Assembly (NCBI GenBank): GCA_965369865.1
Contig: CBDURU010000003.1
Coordinates: 36,560 to 100,559, forward strand
DNA: 64,000 nt
Direction of reading: 5' to 3'
DNA from: an uncultured bacterium
GTDB lineage: Bacteria > JAJVIF01 > JAPKYR01
A program made the translations under genes and the position numbers. This document shows, piece by piece, positions 39,227-47,590 of the stretch (position 1 is its first letter; each line of letters starts with the position of its first letter). The notes below the pieces were generated by a model. It had not been told where the DNA came from. It saw only the letters and a program-made list of their open reading frames with translations, and did no database searches.

Positions 39227-40020
39227 AAACCTGGCTAATAGCCGGAGCACAGTCGGGGGTCGGCAAGACTACCCTTGTCAGGAATTTAATGGAAATCCTG
39301 CCGAATTCCGAGTTCCTGAAAATCGGCCACAGCCCCAGGAGAAAAACAGGTCCTGCCAATTATTTCACATCTGCCGATAAGGCCCTTGATTTTATCAGCA
39401 GGCAGGAAGTCAGTTTCGATCATTGCGTTGTCGAATCGAATCGTCTTGTGGGCAAACTCGATGCCGATGTGGTGATTTTTCTCGATCGGGAGGAGGGCGA
39501 CCGCCGTCACGATGCAGACAGGCTCAGGAAATGCGCCGATATCATCCTCGGGTATCAAGGGAACAGGAATAAATGGGGGAAGGTTATTTCCGCACTTGAA
39601 CTTTCGCCGGATGTTTCGAATAGTGTTATAAAAGTATTTAAAGCACAGCACAAGTACCTCACGAGCAGCCGGATATCGTTAAGGACCAAAATCTGGTTGA
39701 GAAGGGATGGTAAAGTCGTTTTCGGTGAAGGTCTGGCAAGGCTGCTTTACGGGATCGATCACCTTGGGAGCCTCTCGAGGGCTGCGAAGGAGGAGGGAAC
39801 TTCGTATCGTCATGCATGGGGGGATATAAAAAGGGCGGAAGAACGGTTGGGATTTCCACTCCTGGAACGCTCGGTAGGCGGGGTAGCCGGGGGCGGTTCG
39901 CGATTAACGGAGAAAGGGCATCAACTCCTCAAGGGCTACGAAGCAATTAAACTGAGGAGCATTCGCGAAAGCGACCGCTGGTTCCGGGAACTATTTGGAA
40001 ATATTATCGATGGTTTATAA
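39223..40020 (+). CDS. Fusion protein: MobB-like P-loop NTPase domain plus a ModE-type N-terminal winged-HTH domain
   Basis: N-terminus IAGAQSGVGKTTLVRNL…LKIGHSP resembles MobB (GxxGxGKTTL…IKHxHH). Residues ~150-255 (LYGIDHLGSLSRAAKEEGTSYRHAWGDIKRAEERLGFPLLERSVGGVAGGGSRLTEKGHQLL) align with the ModE N-terminal DNA-binding domain (…SGSISQGAKDAGISYKSAWDAIN…ERATGGKGGGGAVLT…). Confidence 0.6.
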   Translation: MKTWLIAGAQSGVGKTTLVRNLMEILPNSEFLKIGHSPRRKTGPANYFTSADKALDFISRQEVSFDHCVVESNRLVGKLDADVVIFLDREEGDRRHDADRLRKCADIILGYQGNRNKWGKVISALELSPDVSNSVIKVFKAQHKYLTSSRISLRTKIWLRRDGKVVFGEGLARLLYGIDHLGSLSRAAKEEGTSYRHAWGDIKRAEERLGFPLLERSVGGVAGGGSRLTEKGHQLLKGYEAIKLRSIRESDRWFRELFGNIIDGL

Positions 40021-40091
40021 CCCAAAATCAGTCAATTCGTTGTATATTAAGTAAACACCAGTTTACCGCCGTTCTGGGGTTGAGTCGACCG

Positions 40092-41600
40092 ATGGAGCAG
40101 GTACAACTAAATCAGCCGGATCATGTTCTGTTAACGGGTGCCACGGGTTACATAGGGGGACGCCTGGCACCCCGCCTGCTTGATTCAGGATATTTTGTCA
40201 GGTGCCTCGTGCGAAATCCTCGCAAGCTGTCGGCTCGTCCCTGGGCGGAACATCCGCGTGTGGATAAAATCGGTGGCGATGCAGGGGATTTCAAGCGCCT
40301 GGTTGAGTCTATGAGAGGATGCAGTGCGGCATATTACCTGATCCATTCGATGGTTTCAGCCGGTCCGGAATACCGGAAGCACGATCGTCATCTGGCAGGT
40401 ATTTTTGCTAATGCTGCTCGGGAAGCCGGGGTTGGCAGAATTATTTATCTTGGTGGGCTTGGAGAAACCGGGGAGGGATTAAGTGAACACCTGTCATCAA
40501 GACGCGAGGTGGAGGAGGCCCTGGCATCCGGCCCGGTTCCCTTGACCGTGCTTCGCGCCGCGATGATAATCGGTTCCGGCTCGGCATCATACGAGATATT
40601 ACGCTACCTGGTTGAACGGCTGCCGGTAATTACCCCACCCCTGGCAATTAATACTCTCCAGCAACCAATTTCAGTTCGAAATGTTCTTAATTACCTGATT
40701 GATTGTCTGAGAACTCCGGAAACAATTGGGAAGATACTGGATATCGGTGGCCCGGACGTAATGTCATACCGGGAGATGATGCAGGTTATGGCGGAAGCTC
40801 ACGGTCTGGGCAATCGCCTTATCGTACCTGTTCCTGCTATTTCCCCCCGTCTTGCGGCATGGTGGATTCAGTTAATCACCCCAATCAGCCACAGAATTGC
40901 CCTTCCATTGAGCGAAGGAGTCAGGAACCAGGTTGTCTGCCGGAATGATGACGCTGTAAAATTAATGCCCCAGGAGCTTCTTAATATCCGGGAGTCGATA
41001 GCGGCGGCCGACGTTAGGATCAGCTCGAATTACATTGAGACCGCATGGTCGGACGCGGGAGTTATGCCCGGCGACCCTGATTGGTCCGGTGGGACAAATT
41101 ATAAAAATGTTTATCAAATCGATATCGATGCCACACCGGAGGAAGTTTACAAAGAGATCTCCTGTATTGGCGGGGAACACGGTTATTACGGGGCTGACTG
41201 GCTGTGGGCTTTACGTGGAATCATGGACCAGGTTATCGGAGGACCCGGTCTGAGACGCGGACGAAAGGATTCAAAGCATGTCGCATATGGCGATGCGATT
41301 GATTTCTGGCGTGTGATCGAAGTTGAGCCGGCAAAACGTCTTGTGTTACGGGCGGAAATGGCGCTTCCAGGCGATGCCGATCTGGAATTTGATATAAATC
41401 AGGGAGAGAGTAACCCCACACCAACCAGGCTGGTTTCAACCGCCAGGTTCAAACCAAGAGGACTCGCCGGGTTGATGTACTGGTTTTCCGTTCTCCCACT
41501 GCACCGTTTTGTGTTTCTGAAGATGTTGCATGGGATAAAACACGCGGTTGAATCCAAAGCTGTAAGAGTGATAACAAGACCCGAATCCGGAGACTGGTAA
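40092..41600 (+). CDS. NAD(P)H-binding NmrA/SDR-like protein with a C-terminal DUF2867-like domain
   Basis: Rossmann motif LLTGATGYIGGRL near the N-terminus. A long C-terminal domain of the DUF2867 type usually found fused to such SDRs. The ORF opens at a TTG at 40080; ATG at 40092. Confidence 0.7.
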   Translation: MEQVQLNQPDHVLLTGATGYIGGRLAPRLLDSGYFVRCLVRNPRKLSARPWAEHPRVDKIGGDAGDFKRLVESMRGCSAAYYLIHSMVSAGPEYRKHDRHLAGIFANAAREAGVGRIIYLGGLGETGEGLSEHLSSRREVEEALASGPVPLTVLRAAMIIGSGSASYEILRYLVERLPVITPPLAINTLQQPISVRNVLNYLIDCLRTPETIGKILDIGGPDVMSYREMMQVMAEAHGLGNRLIVPVPAISPRLAAWWIQLITPISHRIALPLSEGVRNQVVCRNDDAVKLMPQELLNIRESIAAADVRISSNYIETAWSDAGVMPGDPDWSGGTNYKNVYQIDIDATPEEVYKEISCIGGEHGYYGADWLWALRGIMDQVIGGPGLRRGRKDSKHVAYGDAIDFWRVIEVEPAKRLVLRAEMALPGDADLEFDINQGESNPTPTRLVSTARFKPRGLAGLMYWFSVLPLHRFVFLKMLHGIKHAVESKAVRVITRPESGDW

Positions 41601-41808
41601 ACCGGCGATACCGGCCTTTGACGATTATCCATTCTAGAAAGCCGTTAGTTCGATATATAAAACTAAATCAGCAGATTGAACACATGGAAATAATAGTGAT
41701 TTTCCTTGACATCTCGGGTCTGGAAAGGCATTTATATAGGCCAATGCCGGAATAGAAACTGCGAACCTGTGGGTTGATGAAATTACCTTCATTCCCAAGG
41801 TGGTAAAA

Positions 41809-43917
41809 ATGCTGGAATCCCTTCTTTATCCACAAAGTGTAGCTGTTATCGGTGCGTCGAGGACCCCGGGAAAGATAGGTTATGAAGTTCTTCGTAATCT
41901 GATAGAAGGTGGATTCAAGGGTGAGATAGTCCCAATAAACCCAAATGCGGATTCACTCCAGAATCTTAAGTGTTATCCAGATCTCAAAACGTATGGAAAG
42001 AAAATTGACCATAGTTTTATTGCTGTTCCGGCTGGAGAGGTTAAAGAGGCGGTCCAAAGCTCGATCAAGGCTGGTGTAAATGCGGTTATCATAATTGGTG
42101 CCGGGTTTAAGGAGGTCAGCATCGAAGGCGCGGAGTTGGAGAAAGAGATTGCGCAAATATGCAAAACCGCCGGGGTACGCATGCTCGGTCCGAACTCAAT
42201 GGGGCTGATAAACACCGAGCATAATTTCAACGCTTCATATTCCTCGCACATGCCCTTTAGCGGTGGAATATCAATTCTTTCTCAATCAGGCACCCTTTGT
42301 ACCGCGATAATCGACTGGGCCGCACGCCGACATCTCGGTATCGCCAAGTTCGTAAGTATGGGTAATAAAGCGGATCTGAACGAGGTCCATTTCCTTAAAG
42401 CTTTCACATCCGATGACCAGACAAAAGTAATCGTTGCATACCTTGAGACGATTACCAATGGCGATGAATTCGTCAAAGCCGCCGAAGCCGCCGCATCGGT
42501 CAAACCCGTTATAATTTTAAAAGTGGGGACTACGGAAGCCGGGGAAAAAGTGGCGACCAGACATACTGGCGAGTTGTCCGGGACCGACATCGGCTATGGT
42601 GCCGCCCTGAAACGATCGGGTGTTATCAGGGCAAAAACTTTTGAGACACTCCTCGATTACGCCGTTGCCCTGGGATTGCAGCCGTTACCCGATGGCGACC
42701 GGATCGCGGTAATAACCAATGCCGGCGGTCCCGGAATCATGGCGGTAGACGCAATAGTGGAATCTGGCATGCAGGTAGCTAAACTCTCCACTGAAACAAT
42801 GAAAGCCTTGAGTGAGAAACTTCCGGAGGCCGTTGGCCTTTCAAATCCAATCGATCTGAACGCTTTTGCCGATCCCGATCAATACTCAATAGCAGTGAGA
42901 GCAACCCTTGAAGATGATCTGGTCGATGCCCTGATAGTTGTGCTGGCCCCCCAGGGGTTGTCGCAGCCCGCTGAAACCGCTAAGGCTATCGCTGGTTGTA
43001 TTGATGGAAATAAACCGGTTCTAGCAGCTTTCATGGGCGGAAAGGATGTTCTACCGGGACGAGAGGAGCTGGCAGCCAGCAACATCCCCTGGTTCAACGT
43101 TCCAGAGAAAGCGGTTGAAGCGATGAAGGCCATGGTTGATTATGCGGCCTGGAAACGTCAGCCGCCACGGGTTGTTACACGATTCCCGGTACATCGCCGA
43201 CGGGTTGAACGGGTTATCTCGCGACATTTGAAAAGAGGTCATCGGGAAATCAGCGAAGTCCAGGCCAAGGAAATTCTCCGCGCGTACGACTTCAATGTAC
43301 CCGAAGGATTTATAACGGGCAACCCGGAAGAGGCGGTTGAGGTTGCGGAGAAGATCGGTTATCCGGTGGCGATGAAAATCGCATCCTACGATATCATCCA
43401 TAAATCCCAGGTCGGGGGAGTGAAATTAAACATCGCCACCGCCGAGGGTGTTCGGGATACTTTCGAGCTGATGATTTCTCGTGTTAACAGGCGCGCGGCA
43501 AACGCAAGAGTTGAAGGCGTATATGTAGAACAAATGTGTCCCCCGGGACTCGGAGTGATCATCGGGATGAGAACCGATCCGGAATTCGGACCGATGCTCA
43601 TGTTCGGGTTAGGGGGTATTTTCGTGGAAGTACTGGAGGACATTACTTTCCACCTCGCGCCAATAACCGAGGATGAAGCGATTCAGATGCTTTTGGGGTC
43701 CCGATCGTATTCGATGCTCATCGAACGCCGGGGACAGGGAAGCATCGATCTCCACGCGGTAGCTAACGGCCTGCAGCATATCAGCCAGCTCGTTACCGAT
43801 TTCCCGCAAATAGCCGAGCTGGATATTAATCCATTCCTGGTCGGTCAGGTAGGTTCAATGCCGATCGTGGTGGATGCCAGAATCATTCTGTCAGGAGCGG
43901 ACAAGAAAAATGAATGA
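41809..43917 (+). CDS. ADP-forming acetyl-CoA synthetase (NDP-forming acyl-CoA synthetase, fused alpha/beta domains)
   Basis: CoA-binding N-terminus (SVAVIGASRTPGKIGYEV…), a succinyl-CoA-synthetase-like ligase domain, and a C-terminal ATP-grasp domain (…GYPVAMKIASYDIIHKSQVGGVKLNI…). ATG at 41809 is preceded by AAGGTGG. The ORF track opens at 41800. Confidence 0.85.
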   Translation: MLESLLYPQSVAVIGASRTPGKIGYEVLRNLIEGGFKGEIVPINPNADSLQNLKCYPDLKTYGKKIDHSFIAVPAGEVKEAVQSSIKAGVNAVIIIGAGFKEVSIEGAELEKEIAQICKTAGVRMLGPNSMGLINTEHNFNASYSSHMPFSGGISILSQSGTLCTAIIDWAARRHLGIAKFVSMGNKADLNEVHFLKAFTSDDQTKVIVAYLETITNGDEFVKAAEAAASVKPVIILKVGTTEAGEKVATRHTGELSGTDIGYGAALKRSGVIRAKTFETLLDYAVALGLQPLPDGDRIAVITNAGGPGIMAVDAIVESGMQVAKLSTETMKALSEKLPEAVGLSNPIDLNAFADPDQYSIAVRATLEDDLVDALIVVLAPQGLSQPAETAKAIAGCIDGNKPVLAAFMGGKDVLPGREELAASNIPWFNVPEKAVEAMKAMVDYAAWKRQPPRVVTRFPVHRRRVERVISRHLKRGHREISEVQAKEILRAYDFNVPEGFITGNPEEAVEVAEKIGYPVAMKIASYDIIHKSQVGGVKLNIATAEGVRDTFELMISRVNRRAANARVEGVYVEQMCPPGLGVIIGMRTDPEFGPMLMFGLGGIFVEVLEDITFHLAPITEDEAIQMLLGSRSYSMLIERRGQGSIDLHAVANGLQHISQLVTDFPQIAELDINPFLVGQVGSMPIVVDARIILSGADKKNE

Positions 43918-45787
43918 GCGGTCTAAAGGCATCTACGATCCCGACTGGCAAAATCGATACGACAGTTTGGTCGCGACCGCAGCGGAAGCGGTTTCGCGCA
44001 TCCAGCCGGGCAACAGGGTATTTATCGGAACCGGTTGCGCGCAGCCTCTTGCATTGGTGAGCGCACTGACCGACCGGGCCGGGGAACTGGCCGATACCAA
44101 GATCGTTCATCTGCTGACCAAAGGCGATGCTCCTTATGCCGACGAGGCACTCACTGAAAATTTCCGGATCAACAGCTTCTTTATTTCTGAAAGTACCAGG
44201 GGTTTGATCAGGGAAGGTCTGGGCGATTATACACCGATCTCCCTCTCTGACATTCCTCGGCTTTTCAGCTCAGGGCAGCTCCCGCTCGATGCCGCTCTGA
44301 TTCAGGTCACTCCGCCGGATGATCGCGGGATGTGCAGCCTGGGGATATCAGTGGATATTGTCAGAAGCGCGGCCGAAAACGCGTCTCTTGTGATTGCCCA
44401 GGTCAATCCGAACATGCCCAGAACCCTCGGCGACAGTTTTATCCATGTACATGATATAGACTACCTTGTGCCTGCCGACCTTCCGCTACTTGAAATACAA
44501 CCCCCCGAAACAACGGAGGTTACAAGGCAGATCGGAGAGAACGTCGCGGCTCTTATTGAGAATGGGTCCACTATCGAACTTGGGATCGGAAGCGTATCCC
44601 AGTCGGTGCTGGGATTTCTGAAAGGCAAGCAGGACCTTGGGGTCCACACCGAAACTTTCACCGACAGCATTATCGACCTTATTGAGTCGGGTGCGATAAC
44701 CGGGACCCATAAATCAACGGACCGAGGGAAAGTTGTCGCCAGCTTCTGCATGGGTACGCAAAGGCTTTACGATTATATAAATAACAATCCGGTATTTTCG
44801 TTTCGACCGACCGAATATGTTAACGATCCATTAGTAATCGGCAAGCAGAATAAACAGGTCGCGGTCAATTCAGCTCTCGAAGTCGACCTCACCGGACAGA
44901 TTTGTGCCGATTCACTCGGTGATGAATTTTATTCCGGTATCGGTGGCCAGGTGGATTTTAACCGCGGTGCCGCGAGGTCTCCCGGCGGCAAGGCGATAAT
45001 CGCGCTTCCATCGACCGCGAAAAACGGGACCATCTCACGCATTGTCACCAGGCTCAGTCCGGGTGCCGGCATAGTGACCCCGCGTGGGGATGTGCATTAC
45101 GTAGTCACAGAATACGGTGTCGCATACCTCCACGGTAAAAGCATCCAGGAACGGGCACTGGGGTTAATCAGTATCGCCCACCCGGATTACAGGGTAAACC
45201 TCCTGAGCGAAGCGATCGAGGCGAAACTTCTGCACGAGGGAATGTCCGACATTGAAGGACGGTTTAATATCGGTTCACCGGAATTACGGGGATCGATGCT
45301 ACAGGACGATGGAATCCTGATCAACTTCAGGCCGATTCATCCCACCGATCCGGAACGCATTAAGGATATGTTCTATACCCTTTCTGAAGAGAGCGTTTAT
45401 TTACGATTCATGCAGAAATTGAAAAGGATTCAAGAAAAGCAAATTCATGATTTCGTGTTTATCGATCATCGTAACGAGGTGACGATAGTTGGCACTGTTC
45501 CCGAAGCGCACGGCGAAGATATAATCGCGATGGGCGGTTACTATCTCGATCCCAAAATAAACAGGGCCGAGGTAGCGTTTCTTGTCAGGGACGGGTGGCA
45601 GGGGAAGAAAATCGCCACTTACCTTCTCAAGCATCTGACAAATATCGCAAGGCGAAGCGGAATAGCGGGGTTTGTAGCTGAAACCCTCCCCCAGAACAAG
45701 GCGATGCAATCCGTTTTCAACAACAGCGGCCTGAAGGTCAAAAGCAAACTTGAAGATGGAATGTATGTCTACGAGATGGATTTTTAG
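43913..45787 (+). CDS. Acetyl-CoA hydrolase/transferase-family domain fused to a C-terminal GNAT acetyltransferase domain
   Basis: N-terminal ~430 aa match the acetyl-CoA hydrolase/4-hydroxybutyrate CoA-transferase family (…NRVFIGTGCAQP…, …GIGSVSQSVLGFL…, …EVDLTGQICADSLGDEFYSGIGGQVDF…). The C-terminal ~170 aa is GNAT-like (…VAFLVRDGWQGKKIATYLLKHLTNIARRSGIAGFVAETLPQNKAM…). Start overlaps the upstream stop by 4 nt (ATGA-type coupling). Confidence 0.75.
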   Translation, partial: NERSKGIYDPDWQNRYDSLVATAAEAVSRIQPGNRVFIGTGCAQPLALVSALTDRAGELADTKIVHLLTKGDAPYADEALTENFRINSFFISESTRGLIREGLGDYTPISLSDIPRLFSSGQLPLDAALIQVTPPDDRGMCSLGISVDIVRSAAENASLVIAQVNPNMPRTLGDSFIHVHDIDYLVPADLPLLEIQPPETTEVTRQIGENVAALIENGSTIELGIGSVSQSVLGFLKGKQDLGVHTETFTDSIIDLIESGAITGTHKSTDRGKVVASFCMGTQRLYDYINNNPVFSFRPTEYVNDPLVIGKQNKQVAVNSALEVDLTGQICADSLGDEFYSGIGGQVDFNRGAARSPGGKAIIALPSTAKNGTISRIVTRLSPGAGIVTPRGDVHYVVTEYGVAYLHGKSIQERALGLISIAHPDYRVNLLSEAIEAKLLHEGMSDIEGRFNIGSPELRGSMLQDDGILINFRPIHPTDPERIKDMFYTLSEESVYLRFMQKLKRIQEKQIHDFVFIDHRNEVTIVGTVPEAHGEDIIAMGGYYLDPKINRAEVAFLVRDGWQGKKIATYLLKHLTNIARRSGIAGFVAETLPQNKAMQSVFNNSGLKVKSKLEDGMYVYEMDF

Positions 45788-45810
45788 AGCACTGCAGCAG
45801 TTATTAAATA

Positions 45811-45985
45811 GGCCTAAGCCCTCCCTGACGGGGCTGTTGAAAAAGTACTAAATCCCGTAGCGCAGGACGCCGGCCTGCAGTATCGCGGACGGCCCGTCCG
45901 CATAGGGAGCGGTATCGAAAGTTTTGATCCCTTGTGATTTTTCAGTTTAACTACTTTTTCAACAGCCCCGTCAGGGAGGGCTTAG
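45811..45985. repeat. Perfect 33-bp inverted-repeat pair (ctaagccctccctgacggggctgttgaaaaagt / actttttcaacagccccgtcagggagggcttag) bracketing ~106 bp, followed by a T-run. MITE-like or structured RNA/terminator element.
   Basis: Seen directly. The arms are exact reverse complements. An internal hairpin gcggacggcccgtccgc lies in the spacer. TGCTTTTTATT follows the right arm. It sits between convergent genes. Confidence 0.7.
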
Positions 45986-46023
45986 TGCTTTTTATTCAGA
46001 TTACTTCTGATACCAGCCAGAGA

Positions 46024-46791
46024 TTATTCACCCAATTTCTTCGATGGGCCTTGAAGGAAGGGTCTTATGAGATCGATCGGGAGCGGGAAGATTGTGGTTG
46101 AATTTTTCTCTGCCGCGACCTCGACCAAAGTCTGAAGGTATCTCAACTGCAATGTAACCTCGTTCTGGCTCATGACATCCGCGGCTTCCTTCAATTTCTG
46201 CGACGCCTGGAATTCACCTTCGGCTGCAATGATCTTCGCCCGACGTTCACGCTCGGCCTCAGCCTGTTTCGCCATCGCACGTTTCATTGTCTCCGGAAGC
46301 TCAACGTCCTTGATTTCGACCATAGAGACCTTGATTCCCCACGGATCGGTCTGGGTATCGATGATCGACTGGAGGGTCTGGTTGATTTTTTCACGGCTGG
46401 ACAGAAGTTCATCCAGCTCGTGCTCACCGAGAACCGATCGCAGGGTTGTCTGCGCGATCTGGCTCGTCGCCAGGTTGAAATTCCGTACGTTGTTGATAGC
46501 TTTGTTCGGGTCGAGAACCTGGTAGTAGATAACCGCATTAACCCTGATAGTTACGTTATCACGGGTGATGACCTCCTGTGATGGGACATCGAGTGTAATG
46601 ATGCGGATATCGACTTTCCGGACAGTCTGAAACACCGGGACAACAAAAACGATCCCGGGTCCACGTACACCCTGAAACCTTCCCAGTGTATACAGGACGA
46701 TCCGCTCGAACTGGTAGGCGATCTTAATGAACCAGCTGATGACGACAAGGATTGCGACAATTAGGATTATTATTGGGATGATTCCTTCCAT
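46024..46791 (-). CDS. SPFH/Band-7 (stomatin/prohibitin-like) membrane protein
   Basis: 255 aa. N-terminal TM segment, a Band-7 core (…RDNVTIRVNAVIYYQVLDPNKAINNV…), and a C-terminal coiled-coil rich in AEAERERRAKI. Confidence 0.85.
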   Translation of the reverse strand: MEGIIPIIILIVAILVVISWFIKIAYQFERIVLYTLGRFQGVRGPGIVFVVPVFQTVRKVDIRIITLDVPSQEVITRDNVTIRVNAVIYYQVLDPNKAINNVRNFNLATSQIAQTTLRSVLGEHELDELLSSREKINQTLQSIIDTQTDPWGIKVSMVEIKDVELPETMKRAMAKQAEAERERRAKIIAAEGEFQASQKLKEAADVMSQNEVTLQLRYLQTLVEVAAEKNSTTIFPLPIDLIRPFLQGPSKKLGE

Positions 46792-46863
46792 TGGTATTGC
46801 TCCTGTTCAGAAAATTACTAACGGTTATTTTAACAGTAGTGATATGTATCCGATCCTGTATGG

Positions 46864-47199
46864 TTATACTTTCGGATTTCCGATCAAATCTACTTTTGTG
46901 ACCACAAGAAATTTGTCCTTGACCCCGGTAACTCTTACATCATCACCCACGTTCGCATTCCCGTGCTCACATATCGCATTCCAGTACGCACCCGCGATAT
47001 AAACCTTGCCTCGCTGGTGAGGAGTACAATCTTTTTTTACCGTTCCAACCTCACCAATCAAATCGTCAGCAGGCTCGTAATGTCCCTTGATTGAAAAATA
47101 CTCCTTGAACATCCAGACAGTCAGAAAGATTGCGCCGATCAGGAATATTCCCAGACCGATCTGGAGCCAAATTGAAAATTGTGCGAACCACCAGGACAT
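46864..47199 (-). CDS. NfeD-like membrane protein (short form, C-terminal OB-fold), partner of the SPFH protein
   Basis: 111 aa. Two TM segments then a beta-rich C-terminus (…GEVGTVKKDC…GKVYIAGAYWNAICEHGNANVGDDVRVTGVKDKFLVV). Sits upstream of the SPFH gene on the same strand, the classic arrangement. Confidence 0.7.
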   Translation of the reverse strand: MSWWFAQFSIWLQIGLGIFLIGAIFLTVWMFKEYFSIKGHYEPADDLIGEVGTVKKDCTPHQRGKVYIAGAYWNAICEHGNANVGDDVRVTGVKDKFLVVTKVDLIGNPKV

Positions 47200-47590
47200 A
47201 ATGACCTCCGGTACTGCATAAGATACACTAAATCAGATTTAATCTCCACCCACAAGACCATACAGATGGGAGACAATGCAGATTATGGAAAGTTGCGTTT
47301 TCAACGATGTTAAACCTGGATTTCGACTTACAGGGATATTTCGTTGACAACTGATGGCAACCTTTCCTGAATCCTTACCTGGAACGGCGCGTATGCGGCT
47401 GATTCTCGCATACATTCTGGGAATCACAAGTAATTAATCCTGTATCGAACCACAAAATCAAGGGATGTGCGTCCGGGCCCCTAACAGGTTGGTGAACTTT
47501 AAGATATTAATGAATAAAAATTAAGTAGCAGTAAGTAAAAAAACATGATATCTTTATAGTATTGCCCATCCCAAGCTGGAGGAATGTATT

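Noticed and set aside
41706-41738. TTGACA … TATATA sigma-70-like promoter upstream of the ADP-forming ACS
   Set aside because: The hexamers are good, but the spacer is ~21 nt, too long for a canonical promoter. Not callable without TSS data.
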